The position numbers and the translations under genes are program-made. The notes under the pieces are model-generated. The model did no database searches. It saw nothing but the letters and a program-made list of their open reading frames with translations, and was not told the DNA's origin. Positions 12,366 to 25,570 of a DNA stretch of 63,833 nt are shown here, in pieces. Origin of the DNA: Felis catus (lineage: Eukaryota); assembly GCF_018350175.1 (NCBI RefSeq), contig NC_058375.1:104656168-104720000 (forward strand). The letters run 5' to 3'. How positions within the stretch are numbered: position 1 is the stretch's first letter; each line of letters begins with the position of its first letter.

Positions 12366-14186
12366 TGCCACTCGTCTTCGCTCTCTCCCGGCCGACGCTC
12401 ATACTCTACCACCTCCCCTGTACAAAGCAGACCCCCCCCCCCCCCCCAACACCGCGCGGATGAGGCACCAGAACCGGGTAAAGCTGAGGATCTCCCGGCA
12501 GGTAGCTCGCGGGGCCACGCGCCGAGTCCAGGGGCGTCCCGTCCTGTTTGTTGGCTCCTTTTTCGGGTGCGGCCAGGACCCCCACTTCGGCTTCTGTGGG
12601 GCGGGCATGCGTGCTCTCTTCCTGGGGTGTCCTTACGTGCCCCACGGTGACCCCGGGTTGTAAGCTGTCGGGACAGGAGACGAGGGGCTTTGGGCTCCAG
12701 GACGGGCCGAGACGACGAAGAGTCCCTAGGGAGCGGTCCGGACTCGGCTGGCCCGGCTTCTTCCCCAGCGGGAGCCGTGTTCCCGCGGCCTCCACACCCC
12801 CGCCGGAAGTGGCCCCCAGAGGCGCGGCGCTCCGGCTGGTGGGAGGGGGCAAATCCGCCACCCGCCACCTTGGTACCGCCAGGTTTCTGCTAGGTCGTTG
12901 TCGGGATTCCCAAACCCTGCCTGCACGTCGGGTGTCGGTAACGCCCAGGTTGCCCCGGGCAGCGGGACACTTAGCGGGTGCCATTCATCCCCTTCACCCA
13001 CTTTGTCAAAACTCCCTTGCTCGCCGCAGCGACGTTGCCAGAGGTCTCGCGCTCTGCACTTTCTCACCCCGCCTTTCTCCCCCCGCCCCGCCCCGCCCCG
13101 CCCTTTGTTTTGAATGCCAAGGAACCTTAAGGAAGAAGGTAGGATTGGGCAGCTCCGGGCAGGAACACACAGGACAAAGAGGGTCTGGCTTGTGTGGCCC
13201 AGCATTCAGCTCTGACAGTCCTATGGGTTTCGCTAAAACAGCGGCGGTGGGAAGATGGACCGGGATTCAAAGGCCTCCTCAACACGACACCACTCCCCGG
13301 GAGCTCCGCCTGGTCGGTATCCTTCCCTGCTCACGCCCACAGCAGGAGACTCGCGATTCTTCCAGGAGGACAACCCCACATGCAGAGACATTTGAGGAGT
13401 TTTGTGCAGGTACTTGAGTTATTCAGCGCGGGGGCGCTCAGTAGTTCAAGCTCTCGGGCGGCTGGAACCAAGGGAAGGCAGAGCACGCCCTGCTCCCTTC
13501 CCCTCCTTGCCCACGTCTGTCTGCCCCAGCATCTGTGCGGGCGGAGGCTTGAGTTTCTCTCCGAGGGGCCACTCTTATTACACCAGATGAAATGGAAGTC
13601 TTCACGCCTCTCGGGGTCTTAGAAATGAGTCTGTTTACCTAGAAGAGTGGGGCAGGACCTCGGGAAGCTGGCATTACAGGAGCAAGAACTCAAACACCAG
13701 CGGCTGTGTGCGTCTCAGATGACACCTCTTATCCTTGATCGTCGTTTATGTACACCCGGAAGAGACCAGAGTTGGTGGTTTCGTTCACACAGAGATTGGT
13801 GAAAATTCACTGAGGGGAACAGAAACAGGCAGAGATAACTTTTGAAAACTTTTGCCCTTTGCAAGGAGTGTGGGGAGGAAAGAAAGAGAGAGAGGAAGGA
13901 AGGAAGAAAACTTTTTCTGCTCCTGCCAGAGGGTCCCCAGTTTTCAGCCCCAGACTCAGAGATTTTCAGAATAGGCCCTGTGACCGGCTGAATTGTGTCT
14001 CTCCTCCCCACCCTCCCCCCCACCCCCCACCCCCCACCCCCCACCCCCCAGCAATTCCTGTGTTGAAGCTCTAACTCCTAGTACCTCAGAAGGTGACTGT
14101 ATTTGGAGATAGGGCCTTTGAAGAGGCATTTAAGTTAAAATGTCATTAGGATGTGCTCTCATCCTATATGAGTAGTGTCTTTTTTA

Positions 14187-14415
14187 TTTTTATTTTTTTT
14201 AATTTTTTTTTTCAACGTTTATTTATTTTTGGGACAGAGAGAGACAGAGCATGAACGGGGGAGGGGCAGAGAGAGAGGGAGACACAGAATCGGAAACAGG
14301 CTCCAGGCTCTGAGCCATCAGCCCAGAGCGCGACGCGGGGCTCGAACTCACGGACCACGCGATCGTGACCTGGCTGAAGTCGGACGCTCAACCGACTGCG
14401 CCACCCAGGCGCCCC
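14187..14415 (-). mobile_element. Young SINEC_Fc
   Basis: TSD AGTAGTGTCTTTTTTA at 14171-14186 and 14416-14431. Confidence 0.93.
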
Positions 14416-14559
14416 AGTAGTGTCTTTTTTATAAGAGGAGATCAGGACACAGCACAGAGGGATGACCATAAGAGGACACAGTGAGAAGGCAGCCACCTGC
14501 AGGCTAAGGAGAGGCCTCAGAGGAAACCAAACCTGATGACATCTTGATCTTGGACTTCT

Positions 14560-14764
14560 TAACACACAAAAAAGGTTTTTTTGTAAGTTTTTATTTATTT
14601 ATTTTGAGAGAGAGAGAGAGCACCAGGGGCGGGGGTACAGAGAGAGAATCCCTAGCAGGCTCCATACAGCGCAGAGTCCAACGCGGGTCTCCAACCCACA
14701 AACGGTGAGATTATGACCCGAGCCAAAGTCTGGCACTTAACCAACTGAGCCACCCAGGTGCCCC
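14560..14764 (-). mobile_element. Can-SINE
   Basis: TSD TTGATCTTGGACTTCT at 14544-14559 and 14765-14780. Confidence 0.9.
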
Positions 14765-15870
14765 TTGATCTTGGACTTCTAGCCTCTAGAGCTGGGAGTC
14801 GGTAAATTTCTGTTGTTTAAGCCAGGCAGTCTGGTATCTTGTGAGGGCAGCCCTAGGAAATCAATACAGGCCCCATGGTCTCTGCCCGGGGCCTCATTCC
14901 CTGCTCAGACCAACAGTACGTGATGGGATCCCCTGTGACTTAGTTATAAGCAGAAGTAGCAGTGACCTGGAGCTCTGCAGGGATGACCCCTTTGCAGCCT
15001 GCATCTCTTGTCCGTTGAAATTTGTTTCCAAAAGTGCAGCCTGAAGTCTTCAAAGGGAGAATTACGTTCCAGAGTGGCAGAGCCCTTAGTGGCTCAGCAG
15101 ACCCCTGATTTCCATGCCGGAGCCCTTCCTCCTCAGGATCCCATGCCTCAAACTGATACTACATCAGCTTCAACCAACCTAAAATACCAAAGATGCCCAA
15201 GACCTGCCCGTGGCCCTGAGATTTGAGAACAGCCTGCAGGCATCTGCCGTGGCTAAGGCAGTTCAGGGATTCCTGGCTTAGTGGGAATGGCTATGATCTG
15301 CCTTCACCCCTCTCCGCGCGTTTCTACCCACGTGTGCTCCTCCCACCACAACAAGTGGAGCGCTCGCTCCCCAAATCCACGATTGCAGGGTGTGGAAGGA
15401 AAATAGGAAAGCAGAGGAGGAAGAGCCTGGGGGAGTTAGGACCTGGCCCCTCACTGGTGCGGGACAGTGGTGGCCTTCCCTGGGTGGTCTTAACTGGTTT
15501 CCTGTCAAAGGTGAGCCCCTCAGAGGATGGACCTCGTCTGCATCACTAATCTGCCTTTCAGAGATATGGCCTTGTTGCCTAGTTGGTGGCCCCTAACTGG
15601 GCTTCCTGCTCTGATAGGCTATAGAGCAGTGGAGGGTTCTTTGCTGTGGGGTCATTCTGCGATGCTGGAGGAAAAATTAGCTTGATTTTTAGTGTAGTGC
15701 TTGTGTGTTACTGTGTACACACGTTTAGCTAGTAAAACCGATATTTCAGGATCTCTGCTCATTTTCTGAGGGTTCCATAAAATGCTTTTTGCAATGGAAT
15801 TACCTTTGTAGGTGGTTTTGCCGTTTTCTTAAGACTTTTCCCTCCCCACCCCACCCCTTTTATCATCCTT

Positions 15871-16630
15871 AGCTGAACAACTCTTTCCTGGCTACTGGCT
15901 GCCAGAAACTCATTGAAGTGGACGACGAACGTGAACTTCGTACCTTTTATGAGAAGCGAACAGTCACAGAAGTTGCTGCTGATGCTCTAGGTGAAGAGTG
16001 TAAGGGTTACGTGTTCCAAATCAGTGGTGGCAATGACAAACAAGGCTTCCCCATGAAGCAGGGCGTCTTGACCCATGGCTGTGTCTGCCTGCTGCCGAGT
16101 ATAGGGCCTTCCTGCCACCGACCCAGAAGGACTCTGGGGGAAGAAAGCGCAGATCTGTTCAGGCTTGCATTGCGGATGTCAATCTCAGTGTTCTCAACTT
16201 GGTCATTGTAAAAAACGGGGAGAAGGATACTCCTGGACTCACTGATCCTACTGTGCCTTGTCGCCTGGGGGCCCCAAAGACCTAGCAGAATCTGCAAAGT
16301 TTCCAATCTCTCTAAGGAAGATGATGTCCGCCAGGATGTTGTGAGAAAGTCCCCAAACAAAGTAGGAAATCTCATACCTGAGCGGCCAAGATTGGGCGTC
16401 TTCTCACTCCATGTGTCCTCCAACACAGACGTCGGGGTACTGCTTTGAACAAGCAGTGCATGAAGACAAATAAGGAAGAGCCTGCAGAAAATGCTAACCT
16501 TTTGGCCAAGAGAATGAAGGAGGCCATAGGAACAGACTGCCAAGAGACAGAGGCTGTCTTCTCTAAGAGGTTCTACCTCTCATCTGAGTCCAGTCAAAAA
16601 ATGAGATTTTGTAAGAGTGGCAAATAAATA
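15871..16630 (+). pseudogene. RPS6: Processed pseudogene of 40S ribosomal protein S6 (eS6)
   Basis: [29 protein letters not shown]…[20 protein letters not shown]…[11 protein letters not shown]…[10 protein letters not shown]…LLAKRMKEA…SESSQK; intronless, frameshifts near 16135 and 16270, no ATG, AATAAA at 16623-16628. Confidence 0.95.
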
Positions 16631-16915
16631 TTCATTTCTTTGTTGAATAAAACAAATGAATTTTTATTTATTGAGCGTCTTAGGGAAGCTCAGGAGCAGG
16701 AACTAGCCTGGTTGAGGATGGGGAACAAAATTCTAGGCCTAGGGGTAAGGGAAGAGACACCCAGAAGGAGGCGGGGTCTCTTCTGATTACCCCAAATAGT
16801 CCGCTGGGGCAAATGTGAGGGTACTTGGAGGACGCTCCTTGTACAGGGAAAAAGGGCACTTTTTCATAAGGGCACTTTTCATGCATTGTGTATAGATCAT
16901 TAAAACTGTATTCCT

Positions 16916-17167
16916 GGGGCGCCTGGGTGGCGCAGTCGGTTAAGCGTCCGACTTCAGCCAGGTCACGATCTCGCGGTCCGTGAGTTCAAGCCCCGCATCC
17001 GGCTCTGGGCTGATGGCTCAGAGCCTGGAGCCTGTTTCCGAATTCTGTGTCTCCCTCTCTCTCTGCCCCTCCCCTGTTCATGCTCTGTCTCTCTCTGTCC
17101 CAAAAATAAACAAACGTTGAAAAAAAAAAAAAGGCAAAGACATAAAACAGCAATTAAAAAAAAACAA
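16916..17167 (+). mobile_element. Young SINEC_Fc with compound tail
   Basis: TSD AAAACTGTATTCCT at 16902-16915 and 17168-17181. Confidence 0.93.
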
Positions 17168-18577
17168 AAAACTGTATTCCTCAGAGTGTACAAAAGATTT
17201 TTTTAAAAATCTGTCTTTCAGCTCTCCTACACAACAGCAGGTCTGGGTCTTGACAATGGAAGTGTTCTCTATTCAGCCTGACTGAGCCCCCTGTCTTCAC
17301 ATACGGCCAGCAAACCACAGGCGGTGGAAGCAGGTGTATGCACACTCACTTTCTGAGGATTTGGAGCCTATTGACCCAGTCTTTCTCACCCAGCAGAGGG
17401 TCAGGCCTTGGCAGGACACTGCTGCCTTACCTATTAGCTGCCATATTGGTGATTTGCCTCAAGGGGCTAGGGCAACAGAATCTGATTCTCACTGTGAACA
17501 TATTCTGGGAGGACTATGAGGAATTTCCCAGTGCCTTCAAGGGATTTGCAAATTGCCACAGGCATTCTAGTGACAACTTGGACACCTGTTTGGCAATAGG
17601 ACAAAGTTGACATCCCTGCCACAATCCTGTGAAATCCAAACTTCCTAGGCCTTAATAGGAAACTTTTGGAATGTCTTTGTAGGTTTGAGAAACTAGGGTG
17701 AAAATTAGTACCAAAAACTAGTACCAAAAAATTTTAAGTCAGCATCAAAATCTAATTGTTTTAGGTACTTAAGTAATTTCCCACTTTCAGATCAGTCAGA
17801 AAGAAAAAAAAAAAGTCAGGCTAAAAGCAATTCATGTTCTCTTCAAAAGCCTTCTCATGTCCAACCTGGTTGGAAAATCTGTCAGCCAAGGAGCTGGTAT
17901 TGTTCATTGGACTTTGGGTCCTTTAATCAGAGCTGATGGTGGCCTCAGCTATAGCAGCAACTAGGAGTGGACAGAGATGAAGTGATGGATTTGAGGGAAT
18001 TGTAGGGGGTAAAGTTGGTAAGATGTGGTGATTTAGGCATTTGGAGAATGCAAGAGAAAAAGGAGATTGTCCTTGACCCAAGGAACTAGGAGATGATAGA
18101 AGATTTCACTAAGGTGAAGAATTCAGGGAGAGCAAACTGCTTTTGGAACCAAGAAGATGCTTAAAGGCCCTTCTGACATTGATGTTGAGAATCCTGTTAA
18201 CCATCTAGAAGGACGCATTCACCAGGAATTCTGAATATTAATCTATTCAGTAAATGAGCTCACCTGGAAATACTTTGGGGGGAAGCCCTTAGCAAAAGGA
18301 TAAGGGAATAAGGGCTAACAGAAGGCAGGGAATTGGATGAGATGTAGCCAGAAGTCCAGGAGAAGAGAAGAGGGCTGAGGCAGCACCCTGGGCAAGCAGG
18401 AGCAGTGAGGGGGCTGGTAGAAGAAGGGAACGTCAGGAGACAGAGGATAGCTGGAGACAGATGAGGACCACCAGGACAGCATATGTCCCAAGGAGGCATA
18501 GGTGGTAGCAACAGCACTGTATTATGCACACCATTCAGAAATGATGATAACCACTCATGTTCATCAAGCTCAGTCAC

Positions 18578-18804
18578 TTTTTTTTAATGTTTATTTTATT
18601 TTTGAGAGAGAGAGCCTGAGCGGGGAAAGAGAGACACAGAATCCCCTCTTGTGAGAGAGAGAAATGAAGACACAGAATATGAAACAGGCTTCTGGTTCTG
18701 AGCTGTCAGCACAGAGCCTGACACGGGGTCCGAACCCAGGAACCACGATATCATGACCTGAGCTGAAGTCAGACACTTAACCGACTGAACCACCCAGGTG
18801 CCCC
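18578..18804 (-). mobile_element. Can-SINE with an internal partial duplication
   Basis: Head …cacccaggtgcccc; agacacagaat occurs twice; gctcagtcactt duplicated on the flanks. Confidence 0.88.
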
Positions 18805-20291
18805 GTGGCTCAGTCACTTCTAACTATGCTTTCTACTGCATCTCTCTTTTAATCATCGACAACCCTGCAAGGCAGGTAGGTGTTTTCTCATTTTACAGGC
18901 TAGGAAGCTTAAAGTATCTTGCCTAAGCTCCCACAGCTAGTGAGTGCCATGACCCAGGATTCCGCCTGAAATGCTAGGACTCCAAAGTTCAAATTCCTAA
19001 GCAGAAAACATCAAGTGAAGAGGACATCCTGGCAGCTGAGCGGGGACGTGATGGGAGGTTCATGATGTACAGGGTTGAGGGCCTTGCTGCTTCAACGGAC
19101 CCTTTGATATCTGCTTACCCACAGTCCACCTGTCACCACCACTATCAAGTGGAGAAAAACATCTACCCTGTGCCAGAGTTGAGCTTTACAGTCTCCATCT
19201 CCTCCACCCTGTTACCTTCACAAATGAAACACGTGCCCATGTGTCATGATCAGTACAGAGAAGCAGAGGCTAAGTGCAAGGCCACAGACTTGAGTTGGAG
19301 TCCTGGCTCTGCCTCTTATTACCTATGAGGCTTTGGCAAGATGCTTCATCTCACCAGGCCTCAGTTCCTCATCTGTAAAATGGGGATAACAGTACCTGCC
19401 CAGTGGTGGTGTCTGGAGACGTTTAAAGAAAACAATTCCCATGAAGTGACAAGCCCACGTCTGATCCAAAATAAACAATAGGGAAAATATGTAAGACTAT
19501 CATTAGCTATTTAGAAAAGTTGAAACAAAATTATGAAGGTAAATACCCTTACAATTCCCAAATTGCAAACCTTCCCTGGCTTTTAATTAGATGCTCATTA
19601 GCCATTCCCCTGTTGACACAAGTTTGTTCTCTCCCTACCCAATGTCTGCAATTCACAGCTACTCCCATGACTGGGCATAACCCTTCCTTCTGTCCACGTA
19701 TGTCCCCCACTTTGCAGGTTTACTGTTTAGTCTGTAAAATTCAGCCCTGTGATGCTCTCCTCATGTGCCCCCCCACCCCACCACCCCTGCTCCTCCTCCT
19801 CAGACCAACAGCACTTTCCTCAGGTTCTAACAAGCATATGCTCTCCTCTGTTTTAGCAGTTCCTCTGGTATTGTTTATCCTTCCAGTTTCCCCATCAGAT
19901 TCTGAGTTCCTTCGGGATGGGCATTTTGTCTTATTCATTTCTGTAAGTCAGCATCCTGACTGCCTAGACGGTCAGGGAATGCCTCATGAAGGACCTAAAA
20001 ACCTTGGCCTCTGAATCTTTACTCGAAAGGACACACCACCCAGTACCCACACTCTCATCCCACCCACAACTCACCCGCCTCTCAGGGAACTCTCAGGAAT
20101 TTGCAGGTCAGGAGCAGGCCTAGCCTGTACCCTGGAAGGAACTTCCTACAGGTTGTAACCCTTGTCCACAAATGGCTAAAGCCACCACTAGCCTGTTTCT
20201 GTGACCTTAGCTGAAGGCAGAGTTCACCACCACTGATCCCCTCAATGGAATCAGTGCTTCAAGGGCGATTCTTTAGGGAGGGGGGCACATT

Positions 20292-20722
20292 TGTGGTAAA
20301 TTGGACAGCCCCCCCCCCCCCACCAAGATGTCCACATCATGATCCCTGCAACCTGTGAATATGTTACTTTATATAGCAAAGGGACTTTGCAGCTGTGATT
20401 AAATTCAGGACCCTGAGGCAAAATTTATCCTGGATTATCTGGGTGGGCCCTAAATATCATCACAACTGGCCTTATTAGAAAGAGGCAAGAGGTCTAATGG
20501 GGAGAAGGCAAAGTAATGACAGTGCTGAGGCCAGGGGCCAAGAGAGGCTAGCAGCCTCTAGAAGCTGAAAGAGACAGGAATGGATTCCCTCTCTAGAGCC
20601 TCCAGAAGGAATCAGTCCTTCTGACACTGATTTTCGCCCCTTAAGACTCATTTTGGGATTTTGACCTAGAGACTATAAGAGAATAAATTTGGGGTCGTTT
20701 GTTAAAGCAGGAAAAGGATACA
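20292..20722 (+). mobile_element. MaLR (MLT1D-like) LTR
   Basis: ccaagatgtccacatc…acctgtgaatatgttac…attatctgggtgggccc…ctagagcctccagaaggaa. Confidence 0.75.
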
Positions 20723-21163
20723 CACGGTCCTTTTCATTCATCAAAGACGCCAGGTTCTTTTAACTTGTGAAGGGAGGGGGGATCTGAGTGTCATCAGGAG
20801 CAGAGTAGGAAGTGTACTTGCAGAAAGGAGTGGGGGTGGGGTGGAGGAAGATGTGGCTGAGGAGGAAAAAGGGGTCTGGGAGACCTGGTGTTCCACAGTG
20901 AACAGGTTGGCTCCTCCACGAGCCTGACCAGCCTCCCTGACCTGCTTGGCCCGGAGTTCCTCAAGGCTTCCGTCTTCATGAGCGGCGCTGAGCGCTCCCA
21001 GACACTGCTTGGCCTCTCCCAGACCTGGGCCTCTGTAGGGCTCCCCAAGGCCATGCGGGGCAGGAAGAACCCAGACTCGCTTCACCTTCACCGTGGGCTT
21101 GTAGCAGTGGCCAAGCTCTTCTTGCTTTTGAGGAAAGCTCACACCCAAACTGCTGCTAGAACC

Positions 21164-21990
21164 TGTTAGGGTCCTAGGGCTGCCAAGATTCCCACAAACT
21201 AGGTAGCTTGAAGCAACAGGAATTCATATTCTCACATTTCTGGAGACGAGTGGTCCATCCAAAGTACCGAAGTATCAGCAGGGCCAGGCTTTCTCCAAAG
21301 CTTCCCCTGGCGGAGGGGGGGAGGGGGGGGGAGGGGGAAGAGGGCGGGGCTTCCTCACCTTTTTCAACTTCAAGTGGCTCCTGGCTTTCCTTGGCTTCTG
21401 GCAGCAAAATCTCCAATCTCTGCCTGTGTCTTCATATGGCCTTCTCCCCTGTGTCTTTCCCGCTCCTTTCTCTCTCTCTCTCTCTCTGTCTTTTTTTTCC
21501 TGAGTCCCATGTCTGTTTCTTTTTATTTACTTATTTATTTATTTTTAATTTTATTTATTTATTTTTTAAATTTACATCTACGTCAGTTAGCATAGAGTGC
21601 AATAACGATTTCAGGAGTAGATTCCAGTGATTCATCCCCTATGCGTAACACCCATAGTGCTCATCCCAACAAGTGTCCTCCTTAATGCCCCTTACCCATT
21701 TATCCCGTCCCCCTACCCACAACCCCTCCAGAAACCCTCAGTTTGTTCTTTGCATTTAAGAGCCTCTTATGTTTTGTCCCCCTCCCTGTTTTTATATTAT
21801 TTTTGCTTCCCTTCCCTTCCCTTATGTTCATCTGTTTTGTATCTTAAAGCCTTCATATGAGTGAAGTCATATGATATTTGTCTTTCTCTGACTAATTTCT
21901 CTTAGCATAATACCCTCCAGTTTCATCCATGTAGCTGCACAGGCAAGATTTCATTCTTTTTGATTGCCGAGTAATACTCCATTGTGTGTA

Positions 21991-22034
<44 letters not shown>

Positions 22035-22563
22035 ACATCTCTATCCATTCATCCATCGATGGACATTTGGGCTCTTTCCATACTTTAGCTATTGTTGATA
22101 GTGCTGCTATAAACATGGGGGTGCATATGTCCCTTCGAAACAGCACACCTGTATCCCATGGATAAATACCAAGCAGTGCAATTGNNNNNNNNNNNNNNNN
22201 NNNNNNNNNNNNNNNNNNNNNNNNNNNNNNNNNNNNNNNNNNNNNNNNNNNNNNNNNNNNNNNNNNNNNNNNNNNNNNNNNNNNNNNNNNNNNNNNNNNN
22301 NNNNNNNNNNNNNNNNNNNNNNNNNNNNNNNNNNNNNNNNNNNNNNNNNNNNNNNNNNNNTTTTTCATTTTTCATTTCATTTTTTCATTTGTCTGTTGGC
22401 CATCTGGATGTCTTCTTTTCCTACTCCTTTCTCTTATTCCATCCTACATCCAGGAGAATTTCATCTAAACATCCTTAATTACATCTGCAAAGACCTTATT
22501 TCTAAATAGGGTCACATTTTGAGCTTCCAGGTGGACATGACTTTTGGGAGGACACTATTCACT
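21164..22563 (-). mobile_element. MaLR LTR interrupted by a carnivore L1 3' end (~21517-22412, minus)
   Basis: MLT phrases on both sides; the L1 part encodes an ORF2 C-terminal remnant (ICTPMFIAALSTIAKVWKEPKCPSMDEW) plus 3' UTR and tail; N run 22185-22360. Confidence 0.8.
21999..22031. repeat. (TA)n microsatellite
   Basis: Perfect TA run. Confidence 0.95.
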
Positions 22564-23559
22564 GCAGATTCTGAGCTCAGAGCCTCTTAGAGGGCCTTCT
22601 CAAAGCAGAACCAGACTTCCCCTAATTTTCTCTTTTTAGGTGCCCCTGCACTTTCCATCTCCAAAAGGCCCTTCTGTCTGTCAGTAACACCTGAGTATAA
22701 ACCACGAGGAACAGATTTGCATTTTTACTCACACCCCCTGTGTCCGACAGTGTGGGGGCCAGAGAGGAGGCTGTGTATCCACTTAGAAAACTCCAGCCTT
22801 CAGAGCAATACACAGAGACGTCTGTGGCCCTTGGCTAGATACCTCTGGTGACCTGGGGAAGGCCCAAACTGGACAACTAGGAAACTGTTCCCCAGATTCA
22901 CTTGTCTGGGAAAAACTGGAAGAGAAAAGACAGAGCTACTACAACCGGGGCTTGATGTTGCAGTTTGAATATCTGTAAAATAGTGACAAGAAAGGTACAT
23001 ACCTCATAGGATTACCATAGGGATGAAATGAGATAAACACAGTCCATGCAAAGTACTTAGGGCAGAATCTCAACATGGCAATAAAGTAATAATTATTAGT
23101 CATTTCATTAACATTCTGATAAACACTAACTAGTGCAAGTCCTAGATCTTTACCTTGGGAACCTCACAATCAGGATGTGGAAAGACTCACAGGAAACAAT
23201 GGGTACATTACATAATCTAGAGGAGTAGCATCTAGAGATTCTTCTAGACTGTGACCCAGACAATAAGAATATTTGGGTTCCTGGATGTTTTGTGACTCAC
23301 AAAAGCCTTCCCCTTATGTCTTCTCATTTGATTCTACAATAACCCTGGAAAGGAAGTAGGTCTTTTTATTCCTGTTTTACAGATAGGGAAATTTCTGGTG
23401 AAGATGAGCCCCTTGGGGATACGGGTCACCCAGCTAAAAAGTGACCAGGATGGAATTTGAGCCTACGCTTTGTGTTTTACTTTTCTTTTGTATTAGGTTC
23501 AAGCTTTCCAGGGAAAGTGATTACACATAGATACAAATAATATCAATATTTGTACTGTA

Positions 23560-23765
23560 GGGGAGGTAACTGGGTGGCTCAGTCCGTTAAGCATCCAACT
23601 TTGGCTGAGGTCATGATCTTGCAGTGTGTGGGTTCAAGCCCCGCACCAGGCTCTGTGCTGACAGCTCGGAGCCTGGAGCCTGCTTCCGATTCTGTGTCTC
23701 CCTCTCTCTCTGCCCCTCCCCCACTCACACTCTGTCTCTCTCTTAAAAATAAATAAACATTAAAT
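23560..23765 (+). mobile_element. Can-SINE
   Basis: Head, body and tail; tatttgtact.tag duplicated on the flanks. Confidence 0.88.
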
Positions 23766-23885
23766 ATATATATATATTTGTACTATAGAGAAGAGAAAAT
23801 AATTTTCCCTCTGTCCTTCTGCATTCCTAGCTGAGACTCCCATAATAAAAGACAGATTAACAAAAGAAAATCAAACAGAAGTTTA

Positions 23886-24117
23886 TGTATTTATTTATTT
23901 TAATATATTTTTTTAATGTTTATTTTATTTTTGAGAGAGAGAGACAGAATGCGAGCAGGGGAGGGGCAGAGAGAGAGGGAGACACAGAATCCGAAGCAGG
24001 CTCCAGGCTCTGAGCTGTCAGCACAGAGCCTGGCACGGGGCTGAAACTCACAGACAGTGAGAAAGTGACCTGAGCCAAAGTTGGACACTCAACCAACAGA
24101 GCCACCCAGGTACCTGT
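23886..24117 (-). mobile_element. Can-SINE inserted in an LTR-like element (~23790-24575)
   Basis: TSD AAACAGAAGTTTA at 23873-23885 and 24118-24130. Confidence 0.88.
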
Positions 24118-24657
24118 AAACAGAAGTTTATTAGCATGCATACCTCATGTATACATGGGAGACACCCAGGGAAAAATAATTAACTCCCCAAGGTGGCTTA
24201 GAATTCAGACATAAATACCATCTTAATAGTGAAAGAGGAGGGGAACTGGAGGCCTCTTAGGAGACAGTAAATGCCTTTTTAAAAGATGAATGGGCCCTTA
24301 GAAGAATACACAGGAGATATGAGAGTTTGTGACAAAGTTTGTCTGACTGTGGTGTCGAGTTCTCCTCTGATAAGGGGTAATATTCCCTGCTTGATGAAAC
24401 TCCCAGGAAAGGGACTTATGACAACTGAGTTCCTTCTGAAGGCTGTATCTTGAGGCAGGTAAGTGAGGGGAGGGTCAGAGAAAATCTGTCCTTACATTGT
24501 TGTTTGAGCCTACAGCTCAAAATATCAATATGCCAAAGGAGCATATATTGGGGGAATATGTTCTGTGACCCTTCCGCACAGTAGAACAAACCTCTCGACC
24601 TCAACTCACAGTAAGAAATTCATTTTACATTGCCTTTACACAAGAATATAAATTGAA

Positions 24658-24880
24658 GGGGCACCTGGGTGGCTTAGTCGGTTAAGCGTTCAACTTCAGC
24701 TCAGGTCATGATCTCACGCTTCATGGGTTCGAGCCCCGCTTCAGGCTCTGTGCTGATAGCTCAGAGCGGTGGAGCCTGCTTCAGATTCTGTGTCTCCCTC
24801 TCTCTCTGACCCTCCCCTGCTCGCACTCTGTCTCTCTCTCTCTTTCTCTCTCTCAAAAATAAAATAAATATTAAAAATAT
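24658..24880 (+). mobile_element. Can-SINE
   Basis: Head, body and tail; atataaattg duplicated. Confidence 0.9.
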
Positions 24881-25457
24881 ATATATAAATTGCAACAAGC
24901 TTCACAAAATGATACTATTTGTGATATACTCTATCTTCTTCTTAAAAAAAGGGAAAAGTAAAAAGATGACCTCTATCAAGTAAATCAATTTCATAACCCA
25001 CTAATGGTTTACAATCTATAGTTAGGAAAAAACCACTGGCTACAGGAAACTACAAAGAACAAAGTAAAAATCATCTTACTCATGTTTAATAAATCTTAAT
25101 ATTTCTCTGCATATGCCTTCTGAATCTCTCTATGCTTGCACAAACCTATGCCTGTCTTTGTAGGGAGGTAATACCCACCTCAGTAGCTAGAGTGGAAGGC
25201 TTATCGTGGTAGATGACTAAAGGAAATGTAGGTTGAGCTCTGTGGGAGCTGAGAGGAAAAGGTCCATTCCAGCTGAGCAAATATGGTGGTGATATTTTGA
25301 GCTGGGTTCTAAAGAGTATTTAGGTTTTGAGGCATGTTTAGATTGGGGGCTAGGAGAAGGTGGTGTAATCCAGGCAGAACAGACAATGAAAACAAAGAAG
25401 AACTTTTATGGGGCCACATGTAGCATGGGCAAAGGGCAGTGACAAGAAGTGAGCTTT

Positions 25458-25570
25458 AGGAGTGCCTCTGGCTCAGTCAATAGAGCATGCAACTCTTGAT
25501 CTCAGGGTTGTGAGTTTGAGCCCCATGTAGGTGTAGAGATTACTTAAAAAAAAAATCTTAAAAAAAAAAA
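25458..25570 (+). mobile_element. Short old Can-SINE
   Basis: ggctcagtcaatagagcatgcaactcttgatctcagggttgtgagtttgagcccc; aagtgagcttt duplicated. Confidence 0.8.

Larger units (their letters stand above)
13979..14868 (+). mobile_element. MaLR (MLT1-type) solo LTR split by two SINEs
   Basis: tgtgaccggctgaattgtgtc…gtgactgtatttggagatagggccttt…gcagccctaggaaatcaataca. Confidence 0.8.

Noticed and set aside
20741-21169. GC-rich stretch open in several frames, with an exon-like look
   Set aside because: I do not recognise any translation, splice signals are weak, and it is flanked by MaLR LTRs. A BLASTX hit or spliced reads would be needed.
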